The notes: generated from the letters alone by a model not told the origin. A stretch of 64,000 bases of DNA from an uncultured Acidobacteriaceae bacterium (GCA_963718395.1 CAVQYW010000003.1:4513-68512); one strand, 5' to 3'. Positions 10,015 to 19,604 are shown, numbered from the stretch's first letter. Numbers and translations are program-made.

Positions 10015-10593
10015 ATGGCTGCAACTATGCTTCTGCTGGAATTTGAAACTATTCGTCATCGGTGGGGCTGGCTGCTGGCGCTTGGCATTCTGATGATCGT
10101 TCTGGGCACGATCGCTTTCTTCCTTGTACCGGCGGCGACCCTTGGTACCGTTCTTGTACTAGGCTGGCTGCTGTTGGTGAGCGGCATCATCGAATGCGTT
10201 CAGGCGATCCGCGAACGAAAGTCCGGCGGCTTGTTTATGCACCTGGTCGCGGGCATCATTGGACTATTCGTGGGTTTGCTCGTGGTTACTCATCCTGTCG
10301 CCGGGGCGCTCGCCTGGACCTTGTTATTTGCGTCGTTCTTCATCGTCATCGGCCTTTTCCGACTCATTAGCGCGATTCGCCTGAAATTCCCCAACTGGGG
10401 ATGGGCCGCCTTCGATGGCGCGGTTACGTTCGTACTGGGAATTCTCCTCTGGGCGGAGTGGCCGTGGTCCGGAGTCTGGTTCATGGGGCTCGCGGTCGGA
10501 ATATCGCTGGTATTCCGCGGATGGTCGTACGTCATGCTTGCTCTCGCGGTCCATAGCCTCCCGATACCTGTACAGGTTCCTCGCGCGGCATAA
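10015..10593 (+). CDS. hdeD: HdeD-family (DUF308) acid-resistance membrane protein
   Basis: 192 aa with six hydrophobic spans and a typical N-terminus (RHRWGWLLALGILMIVLGTIAF). Confidence 0.75.
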   Translation: MAATMLLLEFETIRHRWGWLLALGILMIVLGTIAFFLVPAATLGTVLVLGWLLLVSGIIECVQAIRERKSGGLFMHLVAGIIGLFVGLLVVTHPVAGALAWTLLFASFFIVIGLFRLISAIRLKFPNWGWAAFDGAVTFVLGILLWAEWPWSGVWFMGLAVGISLVFRGWSYVMLALAVHSLPIPVQVPRAA

Positions 10594-10617
10594 GCTCGCA
10601 GATGAGGAGACATCAAA

Positions 10618-11205
10618 ATGGATACACCACAAGCGAATCCCGGAATAGAGCCTGAATATCTTCATCCTGAGCACGAGCTTCCACAGTCGCTGAATCAGCA
10701 CCAGGCGCAATCTTCAAGCATTGAGGTTGTCGCCTCCCTTTATGGGGAGCCGTCAGAGATTGAGAAGCTAAAGGCGGAACGCGAGGCCCTGCTCGACCGT
10801 CTGGCTCGCGTCCAGGCTGAGTTTGAGAACGTGCGCAGGCGCATGGAGCGAGCGCAGCAGGAGGCCCGGGCGCTTGCGGTGGGCGAGACTTTGAAAACGC
10901 TGTTACCCACTTTCGACAGCCTTGAGCTGGCGTTGCGGACCCCAGCCCCGGATCCCAAGGAGTTTCGCCGAGGCGTTGATTTGATCCGGCAACAGATGGA
11001 ACTCGCCATGCAGAGTCTGGGGCTGACACGCATTTCAGCCGAGGGCAAACTCTTCGATCCCAACCTGCATGAGGCGATCGAGGTGGTGGAGACCACCGAT
11101 GCTCGGGACGGCGAAGTTGTGGAAGAGATACACGCCGGCTTCAAACTGGGAGATCGTCTGCTTCGCCCGGCAAAGGTGCTTGTGGCTCGCAACCGAGCAG
11201 CCTGA
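10618..11205 (+). CDS. grpE: nucleotide exchange factor GrpE
   Basis: Coiled-coil region LARVQAEFENVRRRMERAQQEA and C-terminal beta domain HEAIEVVETTDARDGEVVEEIHAGFKLGDRLLRPAKVLVA. Confidence 0.92.
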   Translation: MDTPQANPGIEPEYLHPEHELPQSLNQHQAQSSSIEVVASLYGEPSEIEKLKAEREALLDRLARVQAEFENVRRRMERAQQEARALAVGETLKTLLPTFDSLELALRTPAPDPKEFRRGVDLIRQQMELAMQSLGLTRISAEGKLFDPNLHEAIEVVETTDARDGEVVEEIHAGFKLGDRLLRPAKVLVARNRAA

Positions 11206-11210
11206 AAGCT

Positions 11211-11350
11211 ATTCAGTGGGTAGTGGTGCAGTTTGGGTGTCATCCCGAGCAAGCCTCATTTGTGCAGCGAGGGATATCTAGGCGTGCCGATTCGCGCCGG
11301 CGCGCGAAAGGTACGCATCCCTAATCGAAACTGCACCACTACCATTCAGT
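11211..11350. mobile_element. MITE-like element with 16-bp terminal inverted repeats and a 7-bp direct duplication
   Basis: GGTAGTGGTGCAGTTT at 11219-11234 is the exact reverse complement of 11328-11343. ATTCAGT flanks both ends (11211-11217 and 11344-11350). The core contains the GTCATCCCGAGC motif, which is also seen at 43634, 44546 and 48377. Confidence 0.6.
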
Positions 11351-11615
11351 CTCCGCTCCCATAGCTGAGTAGCTCTTCACCTAGAGCGAAGGTCGTAGGC
11401 TTTACCTGTACTTTGGGCCGACCCCCCGGTGCTCAAACTATCCCATTACTAATTCGTCCTCCTGAGGAATTGTTGGCTTTCCGTGGCCGACATAACATCT
11501 CAAGGTAGGCGCGAAAATTTCAGTGAATTCTTGAAACGCGAGCACAGGCGAGATCGCCGAGCGGAAGCTTTTCGGTTTAGCCAATCACAATCAGCAATCG
11601 GACCTACGGAGGAAA

Positions 11616-12296
11616 ATGATGTCAGCACAGACAGCGACCCAAACCCCAGCCACCAGAAGTGCAGCGCAGACCGGCCAGAGAAACGAGCTGGCGAGGCGCA
11701 GCAGCGGGCTACCTCTTGTTCCATCTCTAATGCTGGATCCTTTTGGATTCTTCGATGACAACCCCTTCTCGCTGCTCAGACGGATGCAGAGAGAGATCAA
11801 TCGCGCCGTTTCACAGTCGGGCGGCACTAGTGATACGGCCCTCTCTGCCTGGGCGCCGCCGGTGGAGGTTTCATATCACGATGGCAACCTTGTAGTCTCA
11901 GCCGAACTGCCCGGCCTCTCGGAAAACGATGTCAAAGTCGAAGTTAACAACGACGTTTTGACTATCGAAGGTGAGCGTAGGGTCGAGGAAGAGAAGACCG
12001 AAGGCGGAGTCCATCTTACGGAGCGGCGGTATGGCCGGTTCTATCGCGCCATCGCGCTGCCCGACGGAGCAGACGTACAGAAGGCAAAAGCCGATTTTCA
12101 GAACGGCGTGCTGCGAATCACCGTTCCGGTACAGCAGACGCAGCAAAATCAGCGTCAAATACCAATTCAGACCAGCGGCTCATCGCAGGGCCAGACCTCC
12201 GGCTCATCGCAGGGTGAGACAGCAGGTTCGTCAACGCAACCGGGTCCGCAAAGCACAACAACCAATTCGAGCTCTGGCAGCGAGAAAGCTGCGTAA
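11616..12296 (+). CDS. Hsp20/alpha-crystallin small heat-shock protein
   Basis: ACD core WAPPVEVSYHDGNLVVSAELPGLSENDVKVEVNNDVLTIEGER ... RRYGRFYRAIALPDGADVQKAKADFQNGVLRITVP. GGAGGAAA RBS. C-terminal SGSSQGxT repeat tail. Confidence 0.92.
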   Translation: MMSAQTATQTPATRSAAQTGQRNELARRSSGLPLVPSLMLDPFGFFDDNPFSLLRRMQREINRAVSQSGGTSDTALSAWAPPVEVSYHDGNLVVSAELPGLSENDVKVEVNNDVLTIEGERRVEEEKTEGGVHLTERRYGRFYRAIALPDGADVQKAKADFQNGVLRITVPVQQTQQNQRQIPIQTSGSSQGQTSGSSQGETAGSSTQPGPQSTTTNSSSGSEKAA

Positions 12297-12421
12297 CCGG
12301 ACCGATGACCGAGGAACGAGTGGCCTTGGGCGTTCGTGCGCTATAGTCGGATGACGCTTCAGGGCCGCACCGTTGTTGAGCAGCGTATGCGGTGGAACGG
12401 GGCGCAGCAGGAGGGGGCAGC

Positions 12422-13108
12422 ATGGACGTTTCTTCGCATACGCCGGCCTTTCTTTTCGATCTGGATGGAACGCTGGTGGATAGCGTTTATCAGCACGTAC
12501 TGGCCTGGCGTGAGGCGTTAGAATCCTGCGGCATTCAACTCGCCGTCTGGCGTATTCATCGCCGCATTGGAATGAGCGGAGGCTTACTTACGGCTGCGTT
12601 GCTGCGGGAAACAGGTCGTGCCGTAACACCGGAGCAAACTGAGGAGCTGCAGAGACTGCACGCGGAGGCGTATGCCCGGCAGATGTCGCAGGTGCGCCCC
12701 CTCCCTGGTGCGAAACAACTGCTGAATGCGTTGACCAAAGCCGGCGCGCGCTGGGCAATTGCGACGAGCGGACGGGGTGAGTTCGCCAGGAAGACGCTGC
12801 GCCTTCTTGACATCGGTCCGGATGACCCGGTCATCACCAGGGACGAGGTCGCGCACGCCAAGCCGGATCCGGACTTGTTTCTCGCCGCGGCGAAACGGTT
12901 GGGTGTGGACATTCATACGTCCGTCGTGGTTGGCGACAGTGTATGGGACCTTCTCGCAGCACAGCGCGCCAGAGCACTGGGAGTCGGCGTACTCTCCGGC
13001 GGGTATGGGCAGGATGAACTGGAACGTGCTGGAGCTTACCGGGTGTATCAGGATCCGCTCGATCTGATGGAGCATCTGGATGAACTCGGCGTCCGCATTG
13101 TCAACTAA
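12422..13108 (+). CDS. HAD-superfamily hydrolase (phosphatase-like)
   Basis: Motif I FLFDLDGTLVDS and motif IV VVVGDSVWDL. The ORF opens at 12392, but the homologous N-terminus fits ATG 12422. Confidence 0.8.
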   Translation: MDVSSHTPAFLFDLDGTLVDSVYQHVLAWREALESCGIQLAVWRIHRRIGMSGGLLTAALLRETGRAVTPEQTEELQRLHAEAYARQMSQVRPLPGAKQLLNALTKAGARWAIATSGRGEFARKTLRLLDIGPDDPVITRDEVAHAKPDPDLFLAAAKRLGVDIHTSVVVGDSVWDLLAAQRARALGVGVLSGGYGQDELERAGAYRVYQDPLDLMEHLDELGVRIVN

Positions 13109-14376
13109 TGGAGGGCAGAATGGATGAAGCTGATTCGAAGGTTAAGATCTATGGAACGCGAGGCTCCTCGCAGGCGTTTTCCATACGTGACTTTCTATCG
13201 CGCAGCGATGTCCCCTTCGAATGGATTGAGCTGCACAGTGATGAACAGGCGCGGGGTTTGGCCAATGTCAGCAGCTTGAAAGACAGCAGACTGCCGGTTT
13301 GCGAGTTCCCCGACGGTACCAGGCTGGAATGTCCCACCCTCCGGCAGCTTACGGAAAAGCTCGGCTGGTTCAAGAATCCTTCCCGCTCGGAATACGACGT
13401 CAGTATTTACGGTGCCGGCCCGGCCGGACTCAGCGCCGCCGTTTACGCCGCTTCCGAAGGCCTCAGAACTGTTCTGGTTGAACGCTACGCAATGGGTGGG
13501 CAGGCAGGCACGAGTCCCAAGATCGAAAATTATCTTGGATTTCCCCAGGGCATCAGCGGCCGGGAATTGGCCGATCGCGCAAGGCAACAGGCTGCCCGAT
13601 TCGGAGCTGAGATTCTGCTGCTTCGCGCCGGAGTACGAGGCGAATTTTTGCCGGGGAGAGGAATCGTTTACCTGGAGGATGGAACCAGGATCATATCGCG
13701 AGCATCGATTTGCGCCACCGGTGTGGAGTACCGGCGTTTGGGGCTGCCCAACGAAAAGCAATTCGAAGGCGCAGGCGTCTACTATGGCGCAGGATCGAGT
13801 GAAGCCTCGCTCTGTCGTAGCGAGCAGGTATTCATCGTAGGAGGCGGTAACTCGGCGGCGCAGGCTTCCGTTCAATTGGCGAATTACGCGTCCACGGTCA
13901 CCATGGTGGTTCGGGATGACTCGCTGAAGCATACTGTCTCGCAGTACTTGATCGACCGTATCCGCGCAACTCCGGGGGTGAAGGTCCTGCTTTGCACCGA
14001 AGTAGTCGCCCTTCACGGGGACGCTATATTGCGCGCCATCACGCTACGCAACAAGGCCACCGGCGAGCAGTGGGATGCCCCCACAACATGGCTGTTTCTC
14101 TGTCTGGGCGGCGTGCCGCACACGGATTGGGCCGACGAAGTCGGTGTGGTTCGTGATGAGGCCGGATACCTGGTGACCGGACCCGATTTGCAGCGGAACG
14201 GCCATCGTCCCGAGAACTGGAAACTCGACCGCGATCCTTATTATCTGGAGACCAACATCCCGGGCGTCTTCGCCGCCGGCGATGTGCGCCACGGCTCGGT
14301 GAAGCGTTGCGCATCTGCCGTGGGAGAAGGCGCCATGGCTGTGACTTTCGTGCACCGCTATGTAACCAGCGGCTGA
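13108..14376 (+). CDS. thioredoxin-reductase-like FAD/NAD(P) oxidoreductase with N-terminal glutaredoxin/GST-N-like domain
   Basis: GAGPAGLSAAVYAA and VGGGNSAAQ dinucleotide motifs and C-terminal GVFAAGDVR. There is no CxxC where TrxR has CATCDG (sequence reads VYYGAGSSEAS). The ATG overlaps the upstream stop (TAATG); an alternative ATG at 13120 follows GGAGGG. Confidence 0.8.
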   Translation: MEGRMDEADSKVKIYGTRGSSQAFSIRDFLSRSDVPFEWIELHSDEQARGLANVSSLKDSRLPVCEFPDGTRLECPTLRQLTEKLGWFKNPSRSEYDVSIYGAGPAGLSAAVYAASEGLRTVLVERYAMGGQAGTSPKIENYLGFPQGISGRELADRARQQAARFGAEILLLRAGVRGEFLPGRGIVYLEDGTRIISRASICATGVEYRRLGLPNEKQFEGAGVYYGAGSSEASLCRSEQVFIVGGGNSAAQASVQLANYASTVTMVVRDDSLKHTVSQYLIDRIRATPGVKVLLCTEVVALHGDAILRAITLRNKATGEQWDAPTTWLFLCLGGVPHTDWADEVGVVRDEAGYLVTGPDLQRNGHRPENWKLDRDPYYLETNIPGVFAAGDVRHGSVKRCASAVGEGAMAVTFVHRYVTSG

Positions 14377-14386
14377 CAGAGCAGAG

Positions 14387-15238
14387 CTACGCCGTCTTCT
14401 TAAACTGAGTTTCCGTCTGAGACTGCACAGTTGCCTGGTTGCCTTTCAACTGCCGCAACACTTCTGCGCGTACATTCTCAACAATCCGCGGTACTTGTTC
14501 CGGTGACACGTTGGCGATCCGGGCGACTTCGTCATCGGAGAACCCCTCGACTGCCGAAAGCTCAAAAACAGTTCGCTCCCGAACGGGAAGCTTCGCTAAG
14601 GGTCGAAACAGCTCCTCCAACTCCTCTTTTTCCTCCAGGATCTCTTCTGGGTTGGACGTATCTGCTGGTGCGTCGAAATCCCTGGGTGGTATTTCACTAT
14701 CGTCGAGGTCTTCGGCAAAATAGATTTCACCCTCCACGTCAGCAGTAATATCGTCCAATCCTGCGAGGGTGCGAAGCTCTGCCGGTATCAGCCGCTCGAG
14801 ACTCCTCCGTCGCCGCTCCGTGGCCTGCCGCCGGTGAATGTATCCGTCCAGGATGTCATTTGCGATTTGATACAGCCACTGCTCCAGCGTCAGTTCCTTC
14901 GGCTTGCGAGCGTATTCCTTGTACGCCCTGAGGATGGTTGTGTTCAGGATGTCGCCGCTGGTGTAAACCGGGGTTGTGATGTCCAGGCTCAGATACGCAA
15001 CCTTCAGCCGTCGCTTGATGTACGACGTGAGCGAATCAAGCAGCGGGAGAATCTGGGCAAAGAATTCTTGTCTGTGTCCCGCCGACGCGAGTTCCCGCAG
15101 CGCGGCTTCTTTGTCGCGGAGGCCGGTGGTTTGTCGCGTTCTTCTAACCCAGAGCTCGTTGTTGGAATTTACCATCTGACATCCATGCCTTTTGATATCG
15201 CCTACGCTACCGCCTTTTGAAAATGCCGAGCGTCGCAT
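14387..15238 (-). CDS. sigma-70-family (ECF-like) RNA polymerase sigma factor with a long acidic linker
   Basis: Region 2-like WLYQIANDILDGYIHR. Region 4 HTH LPVRERTVFELSAVEGFSDDEVARIANVSPEQVPRIVENVRAEV. Start is uncertain (15238 or ATG 15175). Confidence 0.7.
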   Translation of the reverse strand: MRRSAFSKGGSVGDIKRHGCQMVNSNNELWVRRTRQTTGLRDKEAALRELASAGHRQEFFAQILPLLDSLTSYIKRRLKVAYLSLDITTPVYTSGDILNTTILRAYKEYARKPKELTLEQWLYQIANDILDGYIHRRQATERRRRSLERLIPAELRTLAGLDDITADVEGEIYFAEDLDDSEIPPRDFDAPADTSNPEEILEEKEELEELFRPLAKLPVRERTVFELSAVEGFSDDEVARIANVSPEQVPRIVENVRAEVLRQLKGNQATVQSQTETQFKKTA

Positions 15239-15432
15239 CCCGCTTCTGCCAACAACGCGGCAATATCGGACTCGCTCAACCGCGACGCGTCATATTCAAT
15301 CTCGATCAGGTGCGCTTCCTCGTGCACGGTGAGACTTCGAATCCCGTACACGCAGCGTATCTCACCCAGCGCTCTCGCTTGCGATTCACCGGGAGGCACG
15401 CCGTAGACGAATGTCACGTCCAAACTGGTCAT
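15202..15432 (-). CDS. small hypothetical protein (76 aa) between dnaK and the sigma-factor gene
   Basis: ORF with coding-like composition, same strand as its neighbours, 40 nt downstream of the dnaK stop. No recognisable motif. Confidence 0.4.
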   Translation of the reverse strand: MTSLDVTFVYGVPPGESQARALGEIRCVYGIRSLTVHEEAHLIEIEYDASRLSESDIAALLAEAGCDARHFQKAVA

Positions 15433-15471
15433 AAGCGCACTCCTCCAAACGCAATCACGACCATGGTTTCG

Positions 15472-17391
15472 TCAGGCACTCTTGCGCTCATCGACGTCCA
15501 CGTATTCGGCGTCCACGACGCCCTCATCCTTGCGCGCCTGTCCATTGCCAGAGGAAGGGCCGGTCCCGGCGCCCGATGCGCTCTGTGGACGCGCCCCCTG
15601 GTACATCTGTTCTGCGAGCTTATGAGAAGCCTGGGACAAGCGCTCCCGTGCCTGATCCATCTGCCCCTTGTCGCCGGAATTTAACGCCGCCTTGGCATCA
15701 GCAATGGCGTTCTCCACGTCACCGCGTTCTGAGGCCCCGATTTTGTCTCCATTCTCGCGCAGCATCTTCTCCATGCTGTAGACCAATCCGTCAAGTTGGT
15801 TGCGAGCTTCGATCTCCTCGCGTTTCGCCTTGTCCTCCGCCGAGTGGGACTCGGCTTCCCTGGCCATGCGATCGACATCGTCTTTGCTGAGACCGGAGGA
15901 GGATGTGATTTGGATTTTCTGGTCCTTGCCTGTTGCAACATCTTTGGCGGCTACGTTGAGAATGCCGTTGGCATCAATGTCGAAGGTCACCTCAATCTGC
16001 GGAACACCACGCGGCGCCGGCGGTATACCGTCGAGATGAAACTTGCCCAGCGTGCGATTGTCGCGGGCCAAGGGACGTTCGCCTTGCAACACGTGCACCT
16101 CGACCGAAGTCTGGTTGTCGGCGGCGGTTGAGAATGTCTCCGTCTTGCGAGTGGGAATCGTGGTGTTACGTGGAATCATCGGCGTCGCGACACCTCCCTG
16201 TGTCTCGATCGAGAGAGTCAGCGGCGTAACGTCGAGCAGGAGCATGTCCTTGACCTCGCCTTGCAGCACGCCTCCCTGGATCGCCGCACCTACAGCCACA
16301 ACCTCGTCCGGGTTCACCCCCTTGTGTCCCTCTTTCCCGAACAGCTCCTTCACCAGTTGCTGAATGCGAGGCATGCGAGTCTGCCCACCGACGAGGACAA
16401 CTTCGTCAATCTTGCTGGCGTCGAGACCGGCGTCTTTCATGCATTGCTGACACGGAGACACCGACCGCTGTATCAGGTCCTCAACCATAGACTCGAGCTT
16501 CGCCCGCGTCAGCTTCTTCACCAGATGCTTGGGACCGTTGGCGTCTGCCGTAATGAAGGGCAGATTGATTTCGGTCTCCATGGTGGTCGAGAGCTCGATC
16601 TTGGCGCGCTCGGCGGCGTCGCGCAGACGTTGCAGGGCCATCTCGTTTCCCTTAGCGCGCAGGTCCAGCCCCTCATCCTTGCGGAACTCATCAATCAGCC
16701 AATCCACAAGACGTTGATCGATGTTGTCGCCGCCGAGATGAGTGTCGCCGTTCGTGGCCTCTACTTCGATCAGGCCTTCACCGACGCGCAGGATGGAAAT
16801 ATCGAATGTTCCCCCTCCGAAGTCGTAGACCGCGATGGTCTCGTCTTTCTTTTTGTCCAGTCCGTAGGCAAGTGCTGCTGCGGTGGGCTCATTGATGATG
16901 CGCTTCACGTCAAGGCCGGCAATCTTTCCGGCATCTTTTGTCGCCTGCCGCTGCGCGTCGTTGAAATATGCAGGTACGGTGATGACTGCTTCGCTGACTT
17001 TCTCGCCCAGGTAGTCTTCAGCAGACTTCTTCAGCTTCTGCAGGATCATCGCGGATATTTCCGGCGGGGTGTACTTCTTGCCCTGCGCGACGATGACGAC
17101 GTGATCGCCTTCCGCCTCCACTTTGTAGGGCACCATCTTCAACTCGTCACGCACCTCCTCGTAGCGGCGGCCCATGAATCGCTTGATGGAGAAGATGGTG
17201 TTCTCGGGGTTGGTAATCGCCTGGCGCTTCGCCACCTGGCCCACAAGCCGCTCTCCCGATTTCGTAAACGCCACCACCGATGGCGTGGTGCGGCCGCCTT
17301 CTTCATTGGGGATGACCTTCGGCTCCCCCGCTTCTATAACTGCAACCACCGAATTCGTAGTGCCAAGATCGATGCCAATGATTTTCGCCAT
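15472..17391 (-). CDS. dnaK: molecular chaperone DnaK (Hsp70)
   Basis: [40 protein letters not shown] and other Hsp70 blocks across about 639 aa. Confidence 0.98.
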   Translation of the reverse strand: MAKIIGIDLGTTNSVVAVIEAGEPKVIPNEEGGRTTPSVVAFTKSGERLVGQVAKRQAITNPENTIFSIKRFMGRRYEEVRDELKMVPYKVEAEGDHVVIVAQGKKYTPPEISAMILQKLKKSAEDYLGEKVSEAVITVPAYFNDAQRQATKDAGKIAGLDVKRIINEPTAAALAYGLDKKKDETIAVYDFGGGTFDISILRVGEGLIEVEATNGDTHLGGDNIDQRLVDWLIDEFRKDEGLDLRAKGNEMALQRLRDAAERAKIELSTTMETEINLPFITADANGPKHLVKKLTRAKLESMVEDLIQRSVSPCQQCMKDAGLDASKIDEVVLVGGQTRMPRIQQLVKELFGKEGHKGVNPDEVVAVGAAIQGGVLQGEVKDMLLLDVTPLTLSIETQGGVATPMIPRNTTIPTRKTETFSTAADNQTSVEVHVLQGERPLARDNRTLGKFHLDGIPPAPRGVPQIEVTFDIDANGILNVAAKDVATGKDQKIQITSSSGLSKDDVDRMAREAESHSAEDKAKREEIEARNQLDGLVYSMEKMLRENGDKIGASERGDVENAIADAKAALNSGDKGQMDQARERLSQASHKLAEQMYQGARPQSASGAGTGPSSGNGQARKDEGVVDAEYVDVDERKSA

Positions 17392-17443
17392 CTGCATACC
17401 CTCAGAAGAGATTGAAATACCCGGATCATGTGCCGCAATCGCA

Positions 17444-17473
17444 GGTATATTCCTTTGCGATGCTAGCCGTCAA
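17444..17473 (-). promoter_or_regulatory. candidate sigma-70-type promoter of dnaK
   Basis: On the minus strand: TTGACG, 18-nt spacer, TATACC, about 50 nt upstream of the dnaK ATG. Motif match only. Confidence 0.2.
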
Positions 17474-17664
17474 GACGGCTCGACTCAATTCGTCGTCATG
17501 ACGACATTGCATTCCGAGAATGCGACTAATGGAGTTTCCGACCGACGCCTAAGTTGCGCCTAAGACTTTGGAGTTAGCGGATCAATCCGGAATGAGGAGA
17601 GCTGAAGGAACTATGCTGGGGCCGGCTCACGCATCCAGTAAACCTGCGAAGAATTTCTGTTCAT

Positions 17665-18516
17665 CTATAGCATCTCGAGCGGAACCCGCTTCCTCGGCGC
17701 GGGGAATGCCTGGTCGAGCAGTTCGAAATCTTCGGCTGTCAGAGTAACTTCAAGGGCGGCACGGTTCTCCTGCACATGTGCGGCGCTGCCCGCTCGGGGA
17801 ATTGCGATGACTCGATCCTGCCGCAGCACCCATGCCAAGCCCACCTGGGCAGGCGTAGCATCGTGCTTCGACGCAATTTGTTGAAGCACGGGATGACTCA
17901 ACATCCTGCCCTGTTCGATCGGAGAATAGGCCATGATCGGGATCTCACGCTTGCGACACCACGGCAGCAGATCAAACTCGATGCCACGCCGCGTGAGGTT
18001 GTAAAGCACCTGGTTGGCGGAGACGCTGGCGCCGCCAACGACATTGTCCAGGTCCTGCATGTCAGACAGCCCGAAATTACTCACGCCCCAATAGCGAATC
18101 TTGTGCGCCTGCATGAGCTCTTCGAAGCCATCTATCGTGCTCTGCAGTGGTACGCTTCCGCGCCAGTGAAGCAGGTACAGATCGAGCCGATCCGTCCGCA
18201 ATCGTTGCAGGCTCTTTTCACAGGCCGCGACCGTTCCCGCTCTGTCTGCGTGGTGGGGCAAAACCTTGGTGACAACGAACACTGAATCCCTGCGTCCTGT
18301 GATGGCTTCGCCAACAAGCCGCTCGGTCGCGCCCGAGCCGTACATCTCTGCGGTGTCAATCAAGGTCAGGCCAAGGTCAATGCCCAGTTGCAACGCCGCG
18401 ACCTCTTGGTCGTGACGATGCAACCCCTCTCCAAGCCCCCAGGTGCCTTGTCCCAGCACCGGAACTGCTTCGCCCGACGGAAGGGCTGTATTGCGAACCG
18501 TAGAAGTTGACAACAT
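17665..18516 (-). CDS. aldo/keto reductase
   Basis: LPSGEAVPVLGQGTW, IDTAEMYG, LDLYLLHW and IPRAGSAAHVQEN blocks. ATG 18516 is preceded by GGAGG; the ORF opens at 18564. Confidence 0.88.
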   Translation of the reverse strand: MLSTSTVRNTALPSGEAVPVLGQGTWGLGEGLHRHDQEVAALQLGIDLGLTLIDTAEMYGSGATERLVGEAITGRRDSVFVVTKVLPHHADRAGTVAACEKSLQRLRTDRLDLYLLHWRGSVPLQSTIDGFEELMQAHKIRYWGVSNFGLSDMQDLDNVVGGASVSANQVLYNLTRRGIEFDLLPWCRKREIPIMAYSPIEQGRMLSHPVLQQIASKHDATPAQVGLAWVLRQDRVIAIPRAGSAAHVQENRAALEVTLTAEDFELLDQAFPAPRKRVPLEML

Positions 18517-18567
18517 GAAAAGGCCTCCGAGTTTCATGCGTGAGTGTGAAGCCTGCTCGTTCAATGC

Positions 18568-18858
18568 CTAGGCTGCGAGTTCGGCCACCTCAGCCTGGTC
18601 AATGTAGCACCAGACCCAAGCCTCACCTGGCTCGATCGACCGGATCAGCGGATGACGGACCTTTAGAAAATGCTCGGTTGCATGTTTGTTCTTGGATGAA
18701 TCGCAGCAGCCTACGTGTCCGCAACTCAGGCACATACGTAGATGAACCCACGAATCCCCCATCGCCACGCATTCCAGACATACGTGCGTCGTCGGATCCG
18801 TGATTCGCACCTGGTCAAGGTGGAGACATTCTGATGGAAAGCTCTCAGGTATGACCAA
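18568..18858 (-). CDS. UBP-type zinc-finger protein
   Basis: CLECVAMGDSWVHLRMCLSCGHVGCCDSSKNKHATEHFLKVRHPL is a zf-UBP pattern. The longer ORF to 19026 would overlap the upstream BON gene; TTG 18858 follows GGAG. Confidence 0.65.
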   Translation of the reverse strand: MVIPESFPSECLHLDQVRITDPTTHVCLECVAMGDSWVHLRMCLSCGHVGCCDSSKNKHATEHFLKVRHPLIRSIEPGEAWVWCYIDQAEVAELAA

Positions 18859-18938
18859 CTTAGGCTCCGCCGGGGCAGGCTGACACTGCGGCGTCGGCCG
18901 CAGGCGCCGGGTGATGATGAGCTCCCTTATTGCGCTCC

Positions 18939-19604
18939 TCAGATCTCCACTGTGATCTGATTGTCGACATCGGCAATACCCGGGGCAGACCATGCCGTGC
19001 GCCCTGCTTCTTCCTTTTCGGCCCATGACCGAACGGTACCCTTCAAAGTGGCCCTGCTGCCCTGGACTTCAACCGTGATTCTGCCGGCATCGAGCTGAGC
19101 GTCCCGCACCAGGGCGTCCTGGATCTTCTTCTTTAGATCCGAGGCGGTCACCTTGGGTTTTACAACTATCACGTTCGTGACTCCTCGGACCCCGGCCAAG
19201 CGACGCACAACCCGCTCGGCATCGCTCTTCTGGTATTGCCACTCGACCTCGCCTTTCAGCGTGACCCAACCTTTAGAAACGGTAACTTTGACCGCATCTG
19301 TCGGCACAAAAGCGTCCCATTCGAGCGCATGGACGGCCGCCTCTGCAATATCCGCGTCAGTGCGCTCGCTCGCCAATCGAACTTCGATGTCGTTCGCGAC
19401 CGCCTTGACGCCAGGAGCGCGATGCGCAGCTTCCTCAGCGCTCCACTTCTTCAGGTACGAATCCACCCAGCCCGTTAGAGTGACTACGCCGTCTTTCACA
19501 GAAACGCCAATCTCGTTCGGTAGCACCTGCGCGTCCCATTTGAGCTCGGCCAATACGTCTTTCTGAATCTCCTCGTCAGTTCGAATCAGTGTTGCGACTG
19601 CCAT
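18939..19604 (-). CDS. OsmY-like protein with three BON domains
   Basis: Three repeats of the type GVVTLTGWV...[17 protein letters not shown] / GWVTLKGEV...[14 protein letters not shown] / SRATLKGTV...[14 protein letters not shown]. Confidence 0.85.
   Translation of the reverse strand: MAVATLIRTDEEIQKDVLAELKWDAQVLPNEIGVSVKDGVVTLTGWVDSYLKKWSAEEAAHRAPGVKAVANDIEVRLASERTDADIAEAAVHALEWDAFVPTDAVKVTVSKGWVTLKGEVEWQYQKSDAERVVRRLAGVRGVTNVIVVKPKVTASDLKKKIQDALVRDAQLDAGRITVEVQGSRATLKGTVRSWAEKEEAGRTAWSAPGIADVDNQITVEI

Noticed and set aside
10594-11615. CIRCE or HAIR heat-shock operators near grpE and hsp20
   Set aside because: No match to either inverted-repeat consensus was found by eye. The only strong palindrome there is the MITE terminal repeat.
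16261-17415. 384-aa plus-strand ORF
   Set aside because: It lies entirely antisense to the unambiguous dnaK gene. Its low-complexity, Arg/Leu/His-rich translation is typical of shadow ORFs in GC-rich DNA.
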